A stretch of 64,000 bases of DNA from Balamuthia mandrillaris (lineage: Eukaryota), in NCBI GenBank assembly GCA_031835245.2, contig JAVKOQ020000049.1, forward strand, positions 186,001 through 250,000, written 5' to 3'. The position numbers and the translations under genes were made by a program. The notes under the pieces are model-generated. The model ran no database searches and had not been told where the DNA came from. It saw nothing but the letters and a program-made list of their open reading frames with translations. Below are positions 38,489 through 50,614 of the stretch, piece by piece. The first letter of the stretch is position 1. Each line of letters opens with the position of its first letter.

Positions 38489-39615
38489 ATGAGCGCTGCT
38501 GCTTTGATTGTGCACGGGAATGGGCTCTCTCAACCAAGCAGAGCGGTAGTTTGGTTTTGTGAACATAATGCTATTCCGTACCAGTTCAAGTTGGTCAAGC
38601 TACTGGAAGGAGCTAATCGGACTCCAGAGTACACAAAGATGTGAGCCTCGCTCTTTTTGATCTTTCGCTCTTCTTGATCTCCCTCTTACCCTGTTTTTTT
38701 TCTTTACAGAAACCCTATGCAGAAAGTTCCTGCCATACAAGATGGAGACTTTCTCAGTGTTTTTGAAAGGTACTGCTACTTTTTTCCCTTTGCCATGCTC
38801 TCTTCTTACGCAGCAAACGAAAAACACAAAGCCACGCGATTCTGCGCTACCTAGCAGCTCGTTATCAGGTTGCGGATCACTGGTACCCCAAAGACCTTGT
38901 CCAACGGACTTGGATTGATCAGTACCTCGACTGGTTGGCTCTCGCTCTTGTCTTCCCTCTGTCTTCTTCTTCTTCGCACTTTTTCTTGTTTATTCTTCAG
39001 CTATTCGTTGTTGTTTTGTCCTTTGGGTATTCTGGTTCTTTTTGTTGTATTGTTCTTCCTCCTCCTCTTCTTCTTCTTCTTCTTCTTCTTCTTCTTCTTC
39101 TTGTTCTTGTTGTTCTTCTTCTTCTAATGCATTTGTTCTCGTTTCTCTGCTCCATTTTTTCCATTACGTGCAGGCACCACACAAGCGTAAGAGATCCTTG
39201 CATGAGTTTACTTGTGTCTACAGTCTTGGCTCGTCAGTTTGGTCTTACAGAGAACCCAGCAAAGGCCCGTTCTGCCACCAAGCGTGTGGAAGCTGCTCTG
39301 GACCATCTTGAAACGGTGTGGCTCAATCTCGGCCCAACACAACCAAAGCACTTTATCAATGGAGAACGTGTGTCCATCGCAGACTTGAGCTGCTTCAGCG
39401 AGTTCAAGCAATTGGACCTGCTGAACTACGATGTGGGCAAAGGAAGACCCAAGGTGGCTGCATGGTGGCAGAGAATGCACGCCCTGCCGGGCTTTGAGCC
39501 CACGCACAAGGTGTTCCACATATATGTACGCAAGATGAAAAGCCAGCAGCAGCAGCAGCAACAAGGACAAAGCGGCTCGTCCTCATCCCCTGACGCAAAG
39601 AAAGCCAACCTTTGA
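38489..39615 (+). CDS. Glutathione S-transferase, theta class
   Basis: LSQPSRAV, NPMQKVPAIQDGDF, HAILRYLA, DHWYPKDL...IDQYLDW, VSIADLSCFSE, RPKVAAWWQRM. Confidence 0.92.
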
Positions 39616-40414
39616 TTCTTTTATGTTGTTGAATGTCGAGTACTCGCCAACGAATTGGACAATTTTAGACCTTGGCCGCTGAAGGGCTCTCGAGAAAAGG
39701 AGACTTCAGACCAAAGTCTTGAAAGAAACCGAGCATGCCGAAGCGTATAGGTGGACTGTCCCTTACCAATTTCTAACCCCCCCCAAAAAAAAAAAAAAAA
39801 GGAAAATAAAAATAAATCGCAACAAAAAAAAAAGGTAGCAGCAGGAAGGAATGGAAGGCGCAACGAGCTCTGGAGAAGAGTCGGTCGCTGCTTGGTCGAC
39901 CCCCGCGGCGAGGTAACGTGCTTTGTTTTTTGTTTTTTTTTTTCACTCCTCTTGGAGGAAGAGGAAGATAAGGTAGGGGGCAATGAAAGAAAGGAAGAAG
40001 GAAACTTCGAGAGAATTCCTGTGCCCTTCCAAAAGGAAAAGAGAGAAGCGGGAGAATGGGAAGGAATGGGCAAGCAAAACCCCTCTTTTCTTATTGCGGG
40101 AGGCGGAGGGGGGGAGAGGATAACTTTCTTCTCTCTCTCCCCTCTAAATCCTCCGGAAAACCACAGCACAAAAAGAAAGTGGGCACCAAGTCGCTCCTTT
40201 CAAAACGAGAGCAACACTTTGTCACTCCATTTTTTTTGTTTCTCCTCATTGGTTTTTCTTTCTCACTTGTCAACGACTCCCATTTTCTTTTCTTTCTTTT
40301 CTTTTCTTTCAAACACAACACACTCACTTCGCTCCACACTCTTCACTCCCCTTTCCTTTCGCTTCCCACCCCACCACACCACACCCTCATACACGCACAA
40401 CAAACAGGCCAAAC

Positions 40415-41971
<1,557 letters not shown>

Positions 41972-42124
41972 AAAAAAAAAGGAAGAAACAAGTTAGTTCT
42001 CTCTCTCTCACTCTCTCGCTCTTCTCTTAACTGTTTAAAATACAACAAAGAAAAAGAGATTCCTTTGTTTTTTTATTTTAAGTGTTTCTTGCGTTAGTTG
42101 ACGAGGAGCTAAGAAAGAAGCAAG

Positions 42125-43432
42125 TTAGCTATTCGTCTTCTTTCTGTTCCGTTTGCTGCGAGCGGTTGACTTTGACCGCTTCTTCTCTTTCTTCTCTTCC
42201 CCATCGCCGTCCTCGTCACAAGCACTGGAGCTGGTGCAGGAAATAGAGTCGTCCGTGTCCGTATCGCCCTCATTCGCTTGTGACGTACTGTCTCCTTCTT
42301 TCTTCTGTTCCTTTTTCTCTGTTCCTTCCTCTTCTCCCTCTTTTTCTGCTGCTTTCTCCTCTGCTTTTTGTTGTTCGAGCTGTTGGAACAGCATCTCCTT
42401 CCACCGCTCATGGTCATAGTCCTCCTCGTTCTCGCCGCCATAGGGCTTCTCCAGGGACTCCGCCCCGACCACATCGCAGATCTGAGAGAACTGCTTGGCT
42501 CCCACGAAGCGCACCTTGCTCAGGGTAACCTCGTTCAAGAAGGGCTTGATGCACCGCCAAAAGGCGTTGAACATCCAGGGCGTGTTGATGAGGAAGCACA
42601 GGGCCAGGCGCTCGGGGTAGTGGTTCATGAGGATGCGCAGCACCTCGTTGCTGACGTTGACGTTGCTGAGCTTGAAGTTGCTGACGCCGGTGTTGGCAAA
42701 GTCGCAGATCCAAAGCATCTTCTCCACCCCCTTGGAGGCGTCCATCTGGAGGATGGCCTGCTCAAGCACCCAGACCAGGTACTTGACTTTAGGGCCGGGG
42801 TCCGTCGTATTATCACGGCCGGGTTTCATGTAGATCGTTGGTCTACCGTACTTGTCCTTCCCGTGCACGTACAGCTATTCATTTCACGCATAGAACGGAG
42901 GGAGCGTAAGAGAAGAGAACGACGAAGAGGACGAAGAAGAGGAGGAGTCAAAAGAAAAAGGAGAATAAGCGGTACTTTGCCAGTCGCTGCCTCAACTTCG
43001 ATCTCTTCGAAGGTTATTCTTTCAACGCCAAAGCTTTCTCTCCACTTCAACGTCCCCCGCAGCATGTCCTGCACGTCACGAAAACAAAAAAAAAAGAGGT
43101 GCTTCAGCTCTCTCTCCCTCGTTTCGCAACATCCAAAAAGATCATGCAAAACACGACAGAAACTAGCGGACCAAAAGGGTCCTGCATACCTCGGCTTTGT
43201 TCAAGTCCCACTCTCTGGCCCGAAGGAAGCGGCAAAGGCACATGTCGTCAACCCAACGCCGTTGCGCCTCCGTCCAGTCGTTCTGGAGCCCGTCCCTGCC
43301 GGTGTCCCCCAATATGCGCTCCCGGAACTCCGCCAGCTTTTGTGCCTGTTCCTTGCTAAGGGAGCCGCGCAGCGTCCACCCTTCCCTCTGCTCTCCGCCT
43401 TCCGGCGGGTTCGCGCTCCCGTGTGGTTCCAT
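42125..43432 (-). CDS. CRAL-TRIO (Sec14/PDR16-like) lipid-transfer protein
   Basis: DDMCLCRFLRAREWDLNKA, HGKDKYGRPTIY, HYPERLA...INTPWMF...PFL...TLSKV, LEKPYGG. Confidence 0.92.
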
Positions 43433-43788
43433 TTTTTGTTCACAAAAACCAAAAAAAAAAAACCTCCTTCCGCGTTGAGTCGAGTTTTCCTTCTTTTTTT
43501 TTTTTGCTTTCTTTGGTAGCTTTTTCGCTTCGCCGTTCTGCTTATGTTTCAAATTTGCGCCTCGGCGTTTTGAGAGCGTAAGGACACCCCTTTATAAGCA
43601 ACCCGGAGAATTACCTTTTCGTTTTTCAAAATTAATCCCTCGATGAATTGCCTTTTTTAGACGAATCGGGGCTTTAAAACTTCCCAAAAAAAGAAGTGAT
43701 TTAGGAGTTATTTGGTGGACAGGAGCGAAGTTCTCTCTTCACTGTCGACAAAATTCCATAGGAAAAAAAAAAGAAAGAAAAAGAAAAG

Positions 43789-45181
43789 ATGAACGTCGTC
43801 TTTCGTGCCGTCAAAAGCGGGGATGTGGACCGTGTGCGCGAGTGGTTGGAGGGAGGCAACGATGTGAACAGCGTTGACAAAAGGGGAGAAACCCTTCTCA
43901 GCGTTGCCATTGAAGAGGGACAAGAAGAAATGCTTGAGTTCTTGGTCAGTGGTTACTTTGTTTTTTCTCCCAGTCGTTCCCCCTCCTCTCCTCTTTTTCT
44001 CTCTCTATCTCTGGCCATTTCCTTCACTGGTAGGCTTACTTCTTTACGCTTTATAACAGCTCCAACAAGAAAACTGTGATGTGGACAAAGTGGCACCCAA
44101 GCACAAAGTTACACCTTTGCTGCAGGCTGCCTTGGCTGGCTTCGAAGAGGCCCTCGTTCACCCGCTCATCAACGCTAAAGCCAACGTGAATGCCACGGAC
44201 GCAGAAGGTGTTTCCGTACTTCAGTGGGCCATTCGCTTTGGTAACGAAGACATGGTTGGGCCTCCTTTATCCCTTTCTCTGCTTCTCTCTCTCTCACTAT
44301 TCACAAACCACAAAGGTAAAACTGCTGTTGGAAAAAGGTGCCAAAGTTAACCACCAAAGCCAAAGCGGGGCGAGCGCCCTCCACTTTGCCACAAGCGAGG
44401 GCAATGGCGCCATGACCCAACTGCTGCTAAACCACGGCGCCAATATCGACCTTGTCGGCGGAGAGGGTGAGGGCTCCAATCCACCCCTCTTTGGCGCCAT
44501 CCTCAGCGGAAACTTGGAGATCGTGCGGGTCTTGGTGGAGAACAGCTGCGACCTCAACCGCCCCAACAAGGATGGCGAGACCTGCCTGCATTGGGCGGCC
44601 AGGGAGGGCATGACCCGCCTGGTGGAGTTCCTGGTGGAGCATGGAGCAGAGATGGAGGCGAGGAGCAACAAACAGCTGACGCCGTTGCAGGTGGCCGTTC
44701 TGGAAGGCCAGGAGGGAGTGAAGGACGTGTTGTTGAAACGAGGGGCCAAGGATGAGCCGTTGCCAGAGGGCATGCATGCTCCGTCTCGCGATGCTGCCAC
44801 AGGTTCTTCCTCTGATTCGAAGCAGAGGGGCAACAATAACAGGCAATCAAGGAGCAACAATAACTACGGCAACAAAGAAAATAATGCACGGAAGCGGAAT
44901 GTCGGAGGAGAGAAAGAGGTGAAGGAAACGAAAGTGCAACAGCACGCTGCTCCTTCCTCCGCGAAGGCGCGTAAAGGAACCACCAAAAAGAAAAAGTCTT
45001 CTGGTAATGCCGTTCTCCCACTCACGCATTTTATTAAAAGCGTCACGACTCACTTCCCTTTTTTTTTTGTCAATGTTCAGAGTTATCCAATCCAAACGGG
45101 GCGCGCACAAAGCCGTTCGTCATCTTCATTCTTATCATTCTTGCCCTGTCTTTTCTTGGGTTGATCTTCTCCGCCAAGTAA
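43789..45181 (+). CDS. Ankyrin-repeat protein with C-terminal tail anchor
   Basis: Multiple ANK repeats (GASALHFA, GETCLHWAA, LTPLQVAV). The last exon encodes KPFVIFILIILALSFLGLIFSAK*. Confidence 0.88.
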
Positions 45182-45284
45182 AACATGAAGCAGGAAGAAA
45201 GCACCACCCACTTTTTTGTGGCAACAAAGAAAATGAGCAAAAAAAAGCAAAAAAAAATAACAGTTTTTCTTACAAAAAATGAAG

Positions 45285-45357
45285 TGCCCCCAGCCGGGTT
45301 TGAACCAGCGACCTTTAGATCTTCAGTCTAACGCTCTACCAGCTGAGCTATAGGGGC
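45285..45357 (-). tRNA. tRNA-Phe(GAA), third identical copy
   Basis: Same 73-nt sequence as the other two copies. Confidence 0.97.
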
Positions 45358-45537
45358 TTCTTGCCTGCGGAAGTCTGCTTCCACCAACTGGGCTCTAGAC
45401 TTGTGCCCTCTCTATGCTAGTTAATGGTTTGTGGGAATGTAGAGAGTTGTATTGTGGTAAAATTGTGATGTTGGAGAAGAGGAACTCTTGTTAAAATTTT
45501 TGAGGAAGGGTGGTTTCTTGGGTGTTTTAAGAAGTTT

Positions 45538-45621
45538 TGTTATACCACTCTTCTATTATACTTATTCCTATCTCTTCTTCACACAACAAGTTGGTATCTA
45601 TTGGGGTGTTTCCTTACCAGC
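45538..45621 (+). mobile_element. Degenerate short LTR (family D) interrupted by an LTR-B insertion
   Basis: Starts TGTTATACCACTC like 48064-48200 and the reverse copy at 56350-56489, with an internal deletion. Confidence 0.65.
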
Positions 45622-45832
45622 TGTTGGAAAACCAACAATTTGCTACATTATGACTTCCTGTCAATACTCTCCCTGGATACCCCAAATTCTCTCACCCTTT
45701 TTTATTTTCCCTTTTTCCTTGTGACACATTCAAAGCACACACTTTGGTCCACACCCCTTTTTCATGTGAATAAACCCAGAGTCATATATGTGCCATCCCT
45801 TTCTTGATCCACAGAGTTATTCCCCATCAACA
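45622..45832 (+). mobile_element. Solo LTR family B (211 bp) with CAGC TSD
   Basis: TGTTGGAAAACCAAC...CCCCATCAACA flanked by CAGC on both sides. Homologous to 60816-61023 and 63296-63503. Confidence 0.88.
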
Positions 45833-45836
45833 CAGC

Positions 45837-47404
45837 TTAAAGGGACAAATGATCAGAAAAGAGTGTATTCCAGAAGAAAGAAAAAAAGACAACAGGAGGG
45901 GATCTCTGTCATTGCTATAGAGTACACTGAGGGAAAGGGAAAAGAGAGAAGGGAAAGAAGGGAGAAATATAAGAAAAGGGAAACTGAGGGTCCATGAAGA
46001 GACCTAACATGAGGAGTAAGTAGAATAGAGTTAGTAATTTTACCAACATACTCCTCCTCTTAAGAAGAAGAGGAAGGTGAAGATGAAGGAGGTTGTTTGA
46101 GGAGGTCCCAATAGCGTTTAATGAGCTTGGGAGCATGAACATCCTTTGCTGAGATCCACTGATTCTCAGAATGGGAGTAGCCTTTCCAGTGAACAAGGTA
46201 CTTATGCTTATTAGCAGGGCCCTTGTGGTTTAGGATTTCATCTATCTCATATTCATCAGGAGGAAGGCAGTCAGGAGCAGAGTTCTCTGAGGGAGCAACA
46301 AGCTTCAGTTGATTAGAACTGCATTTGTCTGGAAGAGTTAAACCAGTGTTATCTTGGAGAAGATAAGCACCTCTGCAGTCATGACGGATAACTGTGAGGG
46401 GCACGAGTACTTAGGGAGAGATTTGGGGGATCGGGGGGTTTGCATAGCATGACCTTAGAGCCTGCAGCAAACTCGTGGAGTGGTTTAGAAGAATCATGAC
46501 GGGCTTTGACGTCAGAGTTGTGTATTACAGTTGAGGAGGCTGAAGTTGAGTAGACTATGTCATGCATTTGCTTGGCATTCTCCAAGAGGAGTATATCAGA
46601 AGGCAGCACAGAAGAAGTGGAATAGTCTTATGGGATGGTGGCAGGGCAGCCAAAAAAGAGCTGAAAAGGGGAAGACTTGTGGCAACGAGTGATGCATTGG
46701 TTTATGGCATATTGAGCGGCAGGGAGAAAGGTGTGCCAATGGGTCCAATCGTTGTTCACAAGTTTGTTAAGGGTGTTGTAGGTGTCACAACCCGGCCTTG
46801 GGTCGTGCCAATCCCTCTCTCTCTTACAATGCTCACCAAGGAGAGATAAGATTAGGGTGGTTCTTGGTTTCCTCTTATTAGAAAGACTGTTGTCAGTAAT
46901 GCCCATGCTGGACTTGTGCATGAAGTCATGGCCCAGGATGATCTGTTGACCATCTGGTTGAGGCAAAACAGAGAACATGTGATGGAAATGATGTTTGTCA
47001 AAGCCAATAATGAGAGGCTCTGTTTTTGCAGCACATGTAGTGGTGGTTTCATGGTGTCCAAGTTTGATGGTGTAGTTGGCTTGCTTGGTTTTGGCACGAA
47101 CTAAGTCAATGATAGAGGGGTCCATAAAGGAGTGGCTGGCACCAGAGTCAATGATTATGGTGACACGACAGCTGTTGATAGTCATTGGTGTGCAAATGGG
47201 GTCGTTAAGGCCAGGCATTTTGTTGGTGATGGCAATGGAGTTGAGAGACCGTTGTGACTTGTAAAATTCATTGTACTCCTCTTCTTTACTAATGGGATCC
47301 TGTTGCTTGATGGCTGGGACGGTAGGACTGGATTGTTGTTGTATAGATGAAATCAAGTTGAGGGAGTGGGATGTGGGGGTGGATGGACACAAAGGGGACA
47401 GCAA
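45837..47404 (-). mobile_element. Rearranged Ty3/Gypsy chromovirus remnant: protease, integrase C-terminus, chromodomain, PPT, 3' LTR (family C)
   Basis: IIDSGASHSF protease, WTHWHTFLPAAQYAIN...SSPFQLFFG integrase, YEIDEILNHK...YLVHWKGY chromodomain. Purine tract GAGGAGGAGTA precedes LTR start TGTTGGTAAAAT at 46048. Confidence 0.88.
46783..46887 (+). mobile_element. Truncated LTR family E
   Basis: Matches the first ~105 bp of 58695-58950 and sits at the junction between protease and integrase fragments. Confidence 0.8.
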
Positions 47405-47793
47405 GCATGTATGTTGCTGTGCTAGTCCAGATGCACGTACAAGAGAAGTAGCAGAGTGTTAGAAAGGGCGAATAACATGAACAGATGGGGCCAAAACGTA
47501 TTATTCAAAGAGGGAACAAGGGAACAAAGGGTGTCAAGAGGGAAAGGTGTGGTGTGAACAAAACAAAACTAACTAACTGAAAGAAAGAGAGAAGGAAGCA
47601 ACAGAATAAAAGGAAGAAGCCTAGTGATATGGCAGTAGGCAATTGGTCCACATCACAGATGTCAACAGAAAGGAAAGGAAAGGAAAGGGGCAATAGAACT
47701 AATATGTTGAGAGTAATTCTCAACAAGAGCTAGCTGAGGTAACAGAAGAAGGAGCAGAGCTGCTGGGAGCTTGTTGGTTCTTGCACAATAGCT

Positions 47794-48028
47794 TGTTGGT
47801 AAAATCATCAACACTTATCTCAAGACTCCTCATGTTGGATCCGTCCCGGACCCTCAGCTCTCCTTTCTTTTGTATCCCCAATCCTTCCTTTCTCCCTTTT
47901 CTCCCTTTCTCTTAGTGTACTTTGAAGCACGTCGGAGATTCACTCTCGTTGTCCTTCCTCTATTCTCTTGAATACACTCCTTGTCTCGTCACCAACTCTT
48001 TCCTTCCTAAGGTTGGATTCAACCAACA
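47794..48028 (+). mobile_element. Solo LTR family C (235 bp) with AGCT TSD
   Basis: TGTTGG...CCAACA flanked by AGCT on both sides. Related to the reverse complement of 45837-46048. Confidence 0.85.
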
Positions 48029-48063
48029 AGCTTGGCGCATTGATCCTTTGTGTGGCTAGGTTT

Positions 48064-48200
48064 TGTTATACCACTCTCCCATAATACCTATCCCTATCTC
48101 TCCTTGTATATATATTTCTTTCTTTCATTCTATTAAAGGTCTTTCCCTGCACACAACGAGTTAGTATCTGTTGGGTTGTTCCCTCACTGGCCTTATCACA
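48064..48200 (+). mobile_element. Short solo LTR family D (~137 bp)
   Basis: TGTTATAC...TATCACA, near-identical inverted copy at 56350-56489, flanks GTTT/ATTT (imperfect TSD). Confidence 0.75.
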
Positions 48201-48645
48201 ATTTCTTGCCATAGGAACATGTAGCACCCAGAGTGCAAGGGAGTTGAGGGTATGAAGATGATTGTCTTGTGCTCTTGTGGCTTTTTTCTGAAGAAGAAGG
48301 AAGGAAAGCGGCTTCTACTAGGATAGTGATTCCAGCTACCATCATAAGGTCTCGAGGTTTATCCCAGATAGTTTGTTGTTTATAGTGCGTTTTGAGGGGT
48401 TCTAGGATAGACAAAAGAAAAAAGAAAAAAACAAAGAAACAAGAAGAAGTATAACAACAAAAGTGAAAAAGAGAGAGAAAGGAAGAGTAAGGGATGAAAG
48501 GAGAAGTAATAAAAAAACCTTGAACACAGTATTAAGTACTTCCAATAATGCTTCACTGACATGATGAACCCAAAATCTAAAAGTTTTGGAAGTATAACAG
48601 CAAAAAGTGCAACTCACATCCTTAGTGGGATACACTTCCAAAAAA

Positions 48646-48791
48646 TAAAGTATCCAAAGCACTTTTCACCCAAGACCAACTACAGGAGGCTGAAAATGAA
48701 CACAGGCTGGGTTTTCCTTCCTTAAAGTATCCAAAGCACTTTTCACCCAAGACCAACTACAGGAGGCTGAAAATGAACACAGGCTGGGTTT
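48646..48791. repeat. Local tandem duplication (~69-bp identical units, 77-bp period)
   Basis: TAAAGTATCCAAAGCACTTTTCACCC...CAGGCTGGGTTT starts at 48646 and 48723. Confidence 0.9.
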
Positions 48792-49303
48792 ATCTTTGCC
48801 TTGCCCTTGCTCTTTAACGTCACCCTCAGTTTCACCTGAGCCCTTGTCCTCATCCTCGCTCTCATCTTCACCTTTGCTCTTACCCTTGTCCTTGCCCTTT
48901 TGCAAAAAAAGGAAAAGTTCCCAGAAACCTTTGTGAAAGTTTAAGGCCCCTGGAAAAGTTCCTAGAAAAATGTTTCCTTATATAGGAATTTTTCCGGGCA
49001 AATGCCTTATAAGTGACACACTGGCTCCTATCATCCAGAGGAGCTCTCTCCTGTCTACCTTGCCAGTTTTTGCTGTAGTATCTTATCCTTTCCTTGCCGT
49101 TACTGAAACAAAAATTTCCTTTTTAAAACAGAGACAAGAGCGAAGGAAAGAAAAAAGGGTCTTGTGCAACCAAGCAGGATCAGCTGTGAAGGAGCGGCAC
49201 TTTTTAGCAGTACTTTTTCTGCGGGTGAGAGCAAAAGAGAAGGTGGTCAGGTTTTATTTGGCTCCATTTGGTTGTGGCTAACTTGTGTCTCATCAGTATT
49301 TGC

Positions 49304-50228
49304 ATGGCTGACAACGTTTCCTCCTCAAAGAAACTACAAGAAAGAAAGTATCGAGGCGAAAGGCTGACGCCTTTAATGAGCGTGGCAGAAAGAACACGAA
49401 AGTTCAGGGAACAACAAAAGAAACAAGTTCTCAGTCGGTTCATTCCTACAACCCCGAAACACAGAGAATTAGCGGCAACAGCGTTTGAAGACAAGCCAGC
49501 TACTTTCTCTCAAACGGGCTACCGGCGACTGAAGGAGGATCACGTCGGCTATGCAGTGGTCCTCCTTATCCATGCAGTTAGAAAGGAGCTATGCACGGGC
49601 TGTTCGAAGGACATAGAAGAGCTCGCTGGACAGTTGCCAAAACAGTATAAAAAGAAGACTAACCGCGAGGAGCAGGTAACTGTTCGTCTTGGTTGGTGGT
49701 CTCGCTACCGTAAAAGCATTGTGGAAGTCAAAGGCACAAGCCATCCACTCTCCAAAAAGTGGCTAAACAAACATAAGCCGATATTTGAGAAGGTGGCCTC
49801 TCATTTGAAGCAGCAGTTTCCGGAGCTGTTTGCAAGGTACATGGAGGTAAACGTTGAAGTGGAAAAGGCTCCTGGAAAACATAATCCATTTGCTCCATTT
49901 GGTATGTTTTTTTTTAAATTTTATCAACACACATCTTTTGTTTATTTACCTCTTGTATTTCTCCTAGTACAGCAACAATAGTTATAAATGTTAACTTCTG
50001 CATGAGTGCTCATTTCGACAAAAATGACTATAGGGGTGGAGTGACAGCAATCCTTGTTCTTGGTACCTTTACGGATGGTGGTGCTCTTGTGTTACCAGAA
50101 CTAAACATAAGAATAGAAGCAAAACCTGGAGATTTGATTTTTTTAATGGTTTTGATATTAAACACAAAGTGGTAACCTCCATTGTATCTTTTTGTCATCA
50201 TGATATGCTCAGTTTTGTATTGCAGTGA
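49304..50228 (+). pseudogene. TET/JBP-like 2OG-Fe(II) dioxygenase carried by the MULE (1-nt frameshift in a T7 run)
   Basis: After intron 49902-49972: PFATIVINVNFCMSAHFDKNDYRGGVTAILVLGTFTDGGALVLPELNIRIEAKPGDLIF(fs)NGFDIKHKVVTSIVSFCHH. HxD at 50011-50019, distal His at 50163-50165. Confidence 0.75.
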
Positions 50229-50614
50229 ATTAATTATTAATAAAAGGAAGGTATCTCTGTTCGACTCCAAGTGAAGCAACTTTTGTTTTTTTTTTTCATT
50301 TGTTATTTTTGATCTTTGTTTGAAATCCTTTCTTCATATATTTTATCATAAAAGGTGGAGATCTTCCTAGTCGACATAAATTATGGCCTCCAATAAGCAT
50401 TTGTTTTAGTGATTGAAATTCATTGGTTAGTTTCTGTTGATTTATGAATTATGATTTGTTATTCAAGTCCGAAATATTCGAAGTAAAAAATGGCACCAAA
50501 TGTATAACGGTTATATTTCCATATTAAGATTGTATGACCTTTGAAAAAATAAGAAATAGCAGTTTGATATTTTCTTTTGTCAAACGTGAAAGCAGTAGCC
50601 CAAGTTCCAACAGA

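Noticed and set aside
42368..43519. 383-aa plus-strand ORF
   Set aside because: Antisense shadow of GC-rich CRAL-TRIO exons
48200..48900. Possible degenerate minus-strand gene interrupted by the MULE
   Set aside because: Short low-complexity frames with a local duplication and no recognisable domain, so no call can be supported
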